DNA of 64,000 nucleotides from Candidatus Pacearchaeota archaeon. Its GTDB lineage: Archaea > Nanobdellota > Nanobdellia > Pacearchaeales > GW2011-AR1. Within the stretch, counting starts at the first letter, position 1. The number at the start of each line of letters is the position of its first letter. The notes below the pieces were generated by a model, which did no database searches, was not told the DNA's origin, and was given only the letters and a program-made list of their open reading frames with translations. The DNA lies in the NCBI GenBank assembly GCA_018304145.1, contig JAGVWU010000001.1, positions 144 to 64,143 on the forward strand, in the 5' to 3' direction. The position numbers and the translations under genes were made by a program. Of this stretch, positions 59,510 through 64,000 are shown one piece after another.

Positions 59510-59650
59510 ATGCAAAATCAAAATAATGATTCAAAAAATAAAGAAAAGAAAGACGAGTTAAATAACGAGAATAAAACTTCTCTTCCAAAATGGATTCTAA
59601 TTTTAAAAAAAGCGTTAGAGGAGGATAAAAATAATGATTCCAATAAATAA
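59510..59650 (+). CDS. small hypothetical protein (46 aa)
   Basis: ATG at 59510, downstream of a TATA-like TTTAAGAA; overlaps the MTase start. Confidence 0.45.
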   Translation: MQNQNNDSKNKEKKDELNNENKTSLPKWILILKKALEEDKNNDSNK

Positions 59651-60671
59651 AATCTATAATTGTGAGGTATTAGAAGGATTAAAAAAATTACCTGATAACT
59701 CAATTGATTGCATAGTCACAAGTCCTCCCTATTGGAATCTTAGAGATTATAGAGTTGATAGTCAAATTGGTTTAGAAAATCATCCTGACGAATATATTAG
59801 AAAAATTATTGATATTATGAAAGAATTTAGAAGAGTTCTAAAACCAACTGGGACAATTTGGTTAAATCTTGGTGATTCATATTATAAAAATAAAGGAAGA
59901 GATTGTAAATCTAATTGGCTTCAGCATAAACAGAAACTCCTTATTCCTTTTAGAGTTGCTATTAAATGCCAAGATGATTTAGGTTTGATTCTTAGAAACG
60001 ATATAACCTGGATTAAACAATGGTGCAATTTTAAAACAAAAGATTCAGCCGGAAGTGTTACACCCACATCTGTAAAAGACAGATTAAATACTCATTCTGA
60101 ATCAATTTTCTTTTTTGTTAAAGATAAAAAATATTATTTTAATATTGATAAAATAAAAATTCCATGCAGAGATTTAAAAATTAAAACTGGAAAAAATCCT
60201 GGTGATTCAATTATTTTTCCTTTAGAACCAAGTAGAGAGAAACATTATGCAATGTTTCCAAAAACACTGCCTGAATTTTGCATTAAAGCTGGTTGCCCTG
60301 AAATGGTCTGTAAAAAATGTGGAACTCCCTTATTAAAAATAAAAGTTGGAGGAAATATTAATTCATTTAATTTTAGAGTGAGGGACGTTAAAAAAGGTAG
60401 AATCAAAAGTTTGGATAGAAGAGCTTCTTCAAAAGAGACTAAAAAATATAATGAAAAGAGTTATATGCCTAAATCTAAAGAAAAAATCATCCTGGCTTGT
60501 TCCTGCAATTCTGGGTTTAAACCAGGGATTGTTTTAGATCCTTTCATGGGTTCTGGAACAACTGCATTAGTTGCTAAAAGACTAAACAGAAATTTTATTG
60601 GTTTTGAATTAAACAAAGATTATCTTAAAATTATTGAGAAAAGACTATCTCAGGAGTTTTCTAATGAATAA
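59634..60671 (+). CDS. orphan N4-C/N6-A DNA methyltransferase (beta class)
   Basis: TSPPY precedes DPFMGSGTT; internal CKKC...CSC insert. Confidence 0.92.
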   Translation: MIPINKIYNCEVLEGLKKLPDNSIDCIVTSPPYWNLRDYRVDSQIGLENHPDEYIRKIIDIMKEFRRVLKPTGTIWLNLGDSYYKNKGRDCKSNWLQHKQKLLIPFRVAIKCQDDLGLILRNDITWIKQWCNFKTKDSAGSVTPTSVKDRLNTHSESIFFFVKDKKYYFNIDKIKIPCRDLKIKTGKNPGDSIIFPLEPSREKHYAMFPKTLPEFCIKAGCPEMVCKKCGTPLLKIKVGGNINSFNFRVRDVKKGRIKSLDRRASSKETKKYNEKSYMPKSKEKIILACSCNSGFKPGIVLDPFMGSGTTALVAKRLNRNFIGFELNKDYLKIIEKRLSQEFSNE

Positions 60672-60918
60672 TCAAAGTGAGAAACCTAGATTGGGTTTAT
60701 ACAACTTACTATTTAGAAGATTAGATGAATTACAAAGACAAAGTAAAAAAGAAATAATTCCGTTTCCAATGGTGTTTGTAAAATTATGCAGTAATTTTTC
60801 TATAAAGAAAAATGAATGTTGGGAATTATTATTTTTAATAAGAGATATGGGAATTATTGAGATTATTCCGCATCATGGGATAAGGTTGAAAGAAGAAATT
60901 AATTTTAAAATTGGGTAA
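60664..60918 (+). CDS. small wHTH-like protein
   Basis: Helical pattern ending ELLFLIRDMGIIEIIPHHGI; ATG at 60664. Confidence 0.6.
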   Translation: MNNQSEKPRLGLYNLLFRRLDELQRQSKKEIIPFPMVFVKLCSNFSIKKNECWELLFLIRDMGIIEIIPHHGIRLKEEINFKIG

Positions 60919-60996
60919 TTTATAAGATTACAGTTTATTAGAATGAATTCTTAAAGATTAGCAAAGTTTATTTACGAATATCATTTAATATATTAT

Positions 60997-61347
60997 ATGG
61001 TATGTAAAAATATTAAAGAATTTGAACAAAGATGGGAGGACATAAGTAAAAAGATAGAAAAAAGTAGTTTAACCAGAAAGCAAGCTGGTGGAATAGTTAA
61101 AAATTTCTTTGAAGAAATTAAAATATTTAGTGTTAATAATCATCTTTATGGGAAAAAAGAAGAACCATTTGATTTCTTCTTTGCAATAACCGAAATTAGC
61201 ACTTCTCTATATGTTTCTTTACAAATAGCTATATCTAATTATGAAGAAAAACATGGAATTACATTATTTGCAAAAATTTTTGGAAATAGAGAATTTAAAA
61301 TAGATATAAACGCAATAAAAAATGAAATTAATAATAAATTCGTTTAA
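60997..61347 (+). CDS. hypothetical protein
   Basis: 116 aa ORF; last gene of the element. Confidence 0.6.
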   Translation: MVCKNIKEFEQRWEDISKKIEKSSLTRKQAGGIVKNFFEEIKIFSVNNHLYGKKEEPFDFFFAITEISTSLYVSLQIAISNYEEKHGITLFAKIFGNREFKIDINAIKNEINNKFV

Positions 61348-61457
61348 ATTCAATAGTCCACCACTATTCTCTAAAATAGGGGTCTTTAAATACTAATTTG
61401 TCCTCGGTAAATTAATTATAATAAACACTTTGGGGTGTTAAACAAATCACTTGAACC

Positions 61458-61471
61458 TCGTGGGGGCGTTT
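61458..61471 (+). repeat. attR core TCGTGGGGGCGTTT
   Basis: Exact match to 37915-37928. Confidence 0.85.
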
Positions 61472-61710
61472 ATCTTAAAACTAATCTATATTTTGGGAAA
61501 CCAAAAGATTTAATATTTATAATTAATTCTTTTTATAGTGAGAAAAATGAAATGTCTGTAATTAACAAGAATATAGATAAAACTATTAATACAATAAAAC
61601 CTCTTTTTAACATAATAACTAAATGAAATGTATATTTATAAATTTTCTTCTTTTTTGTTATGAGAATATATTTTAGTATAATTTTTAAATATTAAATTAT
61701 TGTATTTATC

Positions 61711-62148
61711 ATGGAGAAAAAAAGAGAAAAAACAAAAATACGCAACAAAAATCTGCATCATGCTTTTGTTAAAATTCTTTTGAAATCTCCTGTTACTAAT
61801 ATCAAATTTTCCAAAGGAAAAATTTCTCTTAATTTTTTCAATCATAAAATCTCAGATAAAATTAGCATCAAAAGAGAAGACCATGTTGCAGAATGGAGCA
61901 GAAAAAGAAAAGAAATATTCATAGACAGAAATTTTAGTGAAAAAGAAAAGGAAAAATCCTTCAGGGCATTATGCATACATGAACTGATTGAAAGATTTTT
62001 ATCAAAAACTTTTGGGCTTAATATTGATAAAGAAGCGCATCTTGTTGCAACACAGAAAGAAAAAGAATATTTAAAAAATATAAAAGGAAACTGGAGAAGT
62101 CATGAACTAAAAGTATTCTGGGACTGGCATAAGCTCGGAGAACACTGA
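61711..62148 (+). CDS. hypothetical protein with HExxE motif
   Basis: CIHELIE...EAH..A putative metal site. Confidence 0.65.
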   Translation: MEKKREKTKIRNKNLHHAFVKILLKSPVTNIKFSKGKISLNFFNHKISDKISIKREDHVAEWSRKRKEIFIDRNFSEKEKEKSFRALCIHELIERFLSKTFGLNIDKEAHLVATQKEKEYLKNIKGNWRSHELKVFWDWHKLGEH

Positions 62149-62870
62149 TGAAATTTGAAAAAATAAAAATCAATAGAAAACTTTTTTATTGGACCTGGAG
62201 AGACCTGCCATTTTTGCCATATGCCTGGCTGGAAGAAAAAGACTTGAAAGATTTACCTAAACCTTTTCTTTTGACGGAAATCCATCCTGATTGTCCTATA
62301 GGTCTTGAAACACAAGACAAAGAAGATTTTACAAATATGATAAAACTTCCGGATAGTTTTGATAAATTAAATTTAGATAAAAGTTTAAGAAAGGATTTGA
62401 AAAGAGTTGAGAAAAAGAATGAGAATATAAAATTAATATATAATGAAAAAGATGCTCTTGATAAAAGCAAAAAATGGTTCTTGGAATTATGGAAGGAAAA
62501 CAGGAAAGATTTTCAAAGAAGGCTTAAATTATGGAAGGAAAAATGCTATACTATTAGTGCATACCTGAACAAAGAGCTTATTGCAGTCCATATTGCAATG
62601 AAAGAAAAAAATACTATTTTCTACTTTGGCTGCTGGTGGAACAGAAAATACAAAGACTTATCCACTCCGACTTTTTTGCTTAAAAAAGACTTAGAAAAAG
62701 CAATAAAAGATAAGATTAAGTATTATGACTTGGAAATTGGTGATGAATTTTACAAGAAAAAATGGGGGGTTATTGAAAAGCCTACAAAATATTATGCAGT
62801 ACTTACAAAAGAACTGGCTGATTATCTGAGGATTAAAGATTATGTTGAAATAAAACAAAGTCAAATATAA
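62148..62870 (+). CDS. GNAT-family (FemAB/Acetyltransf_6-like) protein
   Basis: LRKDLKR, YYDLEIGDEFYKKKWG. Confidence 0.75.
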   Translation: MKFEKIKINRKLFYWTWRDLPFLPYAWLEEKDLKDLPKPFLLTEIHPDCPIGLETQDKEDFTNMIKLPDSFDKLNLDKSLRKDLKRVEKKNENIKLIYNEKDALDKSKKWFLELWKENRKDFQRRLKLWKEKCYTISAYLNKELIAVHIAMKEKNTIFYFGCWWNRKYKDLSTPTFLLKKDLEKAIKDKIKYYDLEIGDEFYKKKWGVIEKPTKYYAVLTKELADYLRIKDYVEIKQSQI

Positions 62871-62891
62871 ATAATGAATTATATTTGTGGC

Positions 62892-63701
62892 TCATTTCTT
62901 AAAAGCAGGAGTTTTTGCTGCAAAAGGCTTTATTGTGCCTCCATGAAATGGCTTTGATATTTCTATTTTAGTGGTATTAGGCAGAGAATTTATAAAATTG
63001 CTAATTGAATAATTTATTTTTTGAGAAGAAGTTATAATTTCTAAAGCAGGAGTAACTGGAACATTTGCATAAGGAAAAGAACTAATTGGAGTAATTACTG
63101 GTTCATCTGCAATCTGATTAGCAGGAGGATTTACTATGACTGGAGTTTGCACAAGAGAAACAACAAAAATTGTTGCTCTCATAAAATTATGGAAATTGCA
63201 ATGATAATTAAAAGTTCCGGGAGAATTAAAAGTATAGCTAAAACTATCTCCGGGCTGTAAAACAGGGGAATTTAATTCACTTCCAGAATCTGAAGTTACA
63301 GTATGTATTGTGTTATCATTATTTGTCCATGCAACACTGTCTCCAATATTTATTGTCAATGATGAAGGGGAAAATGCAAAATTAATAATATTTACTGGAG
63401 GATCAGACAATTCTAAATTTTTTGAAGTTTCAGGCATAATAATTGTAATAGAATTATCTAGAGATTTAAAATCACCAAATCTTTCAGATTTGTACCGCAC
63501 CTTAAAAGGTGCAGTTTGTTGTGAATTTGGTAAGCCCTGTGAAATAAACCCAGTAACCTCCTTAGCTCCAAATTTAAAGTTGGAGTTTATTTCTCCGAAA
63601 TAAAAAAAAGTGCTTCCTGAAAAAAACTGCAAAAAGACTATTAACACAAAAATAATTATCAATATAATAATCAAAAGAATTATCTGATTTTTTTTATTCA
63701 T
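62892..63701 (-). CDS. membrane-anchored cupredoxin (plastocyanin/azurin-like)
   Basis: AFSPSSLTI..GDSV.WTN.D...HTVT...YHCNFHNFM type-1 Cu ligands. Confidence 0.88.
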   Translation of the reverse strand: MNKKNQIILLIIILIIIFVLIVFLQFFSGSTFFYFGEINSNFKFGAKEVTGFISQGLPNSQQTAPFKVRYKSERFGDFKSLDNSITIIMPETSKNLELSDPPVNIINFAFSPSSLTINIGDSVAWTNNDNTIHTVTSDSGSELNSPVLQPGDSFSYTFNSPGTFNYHCNFHNFMRATIFVVSLVQTPVIVNPPANQIADEPVITPISSFPYANVPVTPALEIITSSQKINYSISNFINSLPNTTKIEISKPFHGGTIKPFAAKTPAFKK

Positions 63702-63763
63702 TTTATTAAATTCTAATGATTTTAATTCCAATATAAATATATTGTTATAGCAGGATAATAATT

Positions 63764-64000
63764 TTAATCATCTTCATATTCCGCATCCTCTTCATCAGAT
63801 TTGGAAATAGTCATATTTTTTATAAAGCTGGTTTTATTCTGAAGTTCTGATAAAGCAACATTCTGGTTTAAATCTCTTATATAATAAGTATCAAGCAGAG
63901 AATTTGCAGTGGCTGAATGTCCACTTCCTTTTCCATTTTTTGTATTATAGAGAGATGTTGCATCTATCCCACATCCTTTTAAAATCTCACTTTCTCCTCC
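63764..64000 (-). CDS. cytochrome b5-like heme-binding protein (3' part; start is outside the window)
   Basis: Read by hand: GGESEILKGCGIDATSLY...GHSATANSLLDTYYI. Confidence 0.8.
   Translation of the reverse strand, partial: GGESEILKGCGIDATSLYNTKNGKGSGHSATANSLLDTYYIRDLNQNVALSELQNKTSFIKNMTISKSDEEDAEYEDD

Larger units (their letters stand above)
37915..61471. mobile_element. integrative (ICE-like) element, ~23.6 kb
   Basis: 14-bp direct repeats at both ends, inner inverted repeats, integrase at the left end, T4SS-like genes and defence cargo. Confidence 0.85.

Noticed and set aside
37915-61471. Provirus
   Set aside because: No recognisable capsid, terminase, portal or replication genes; the ATPase is VirB4-like with pilin and VirB6-like partners
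61380-61480. tRNA gene at the att sites
   Set aside because: Only a 3'-end-like 13-mer is present; no cloverleaf can be built at 36.9, 37.9 or 61.4 kb
61435-61626. 63-aa ORF across attR
   Set aside because: GTG start, spans the recombination site, no recognisable features; likely spurious
4-63603. Numerous short antisense or overlapping ORFs in the ORF track (e.g. 4-204, 1260-1589, 3208-3564, 32937-33281, 63310-63603)
   Set aside because: Shadow frames of well-supported genes on the opposite strand, with F/L/S/I-biased composition

Overview
Very AT-rich archaeal chromosome segment. The gene content is archaeal (aCPSF1, proteasome alpha/beta, Pop5-SBDS-exosome superoperon, Rpo6, CCA enzyme, Mre11/Rad50, oap-type GTPase cluster), and the style suggests a DPANN lineage such as Pace-/Woesearchaeota (inference). 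About 1-36.9 kb and 61.5-64 kb are host backbone. Positions 37915-61471 are a ~23.6 kb integrated element bounded by a perfect 14-bp direct repeat (TCGTGGGGGCGTTT) with sub-terminal inverted repeats. It encodes a tyrosine integrase, a type I R-M system, several nuclease-like orphans, a TrmB-led operon containing a divergent CofE-fold ligase, a DNA methyltransferase, and a minimal VirB2/VirB6/VirB4-type transfer module. Its VirB4 carries an N-terminal PrgI-like region and a C-terminal PD-(D/E)XK nuclease-like domain, and no separate relaxase or coupling protein is visible. A ~1 kb one-gene cassette with palindromic ends sits in tandem at a degenerate copy of the same att core. The backbone holds a family of short hairpin repeats and a 27-bp motif found in frame in two unrelated proteins. 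All assignments come from reading motifs by eye; no database searches were run.
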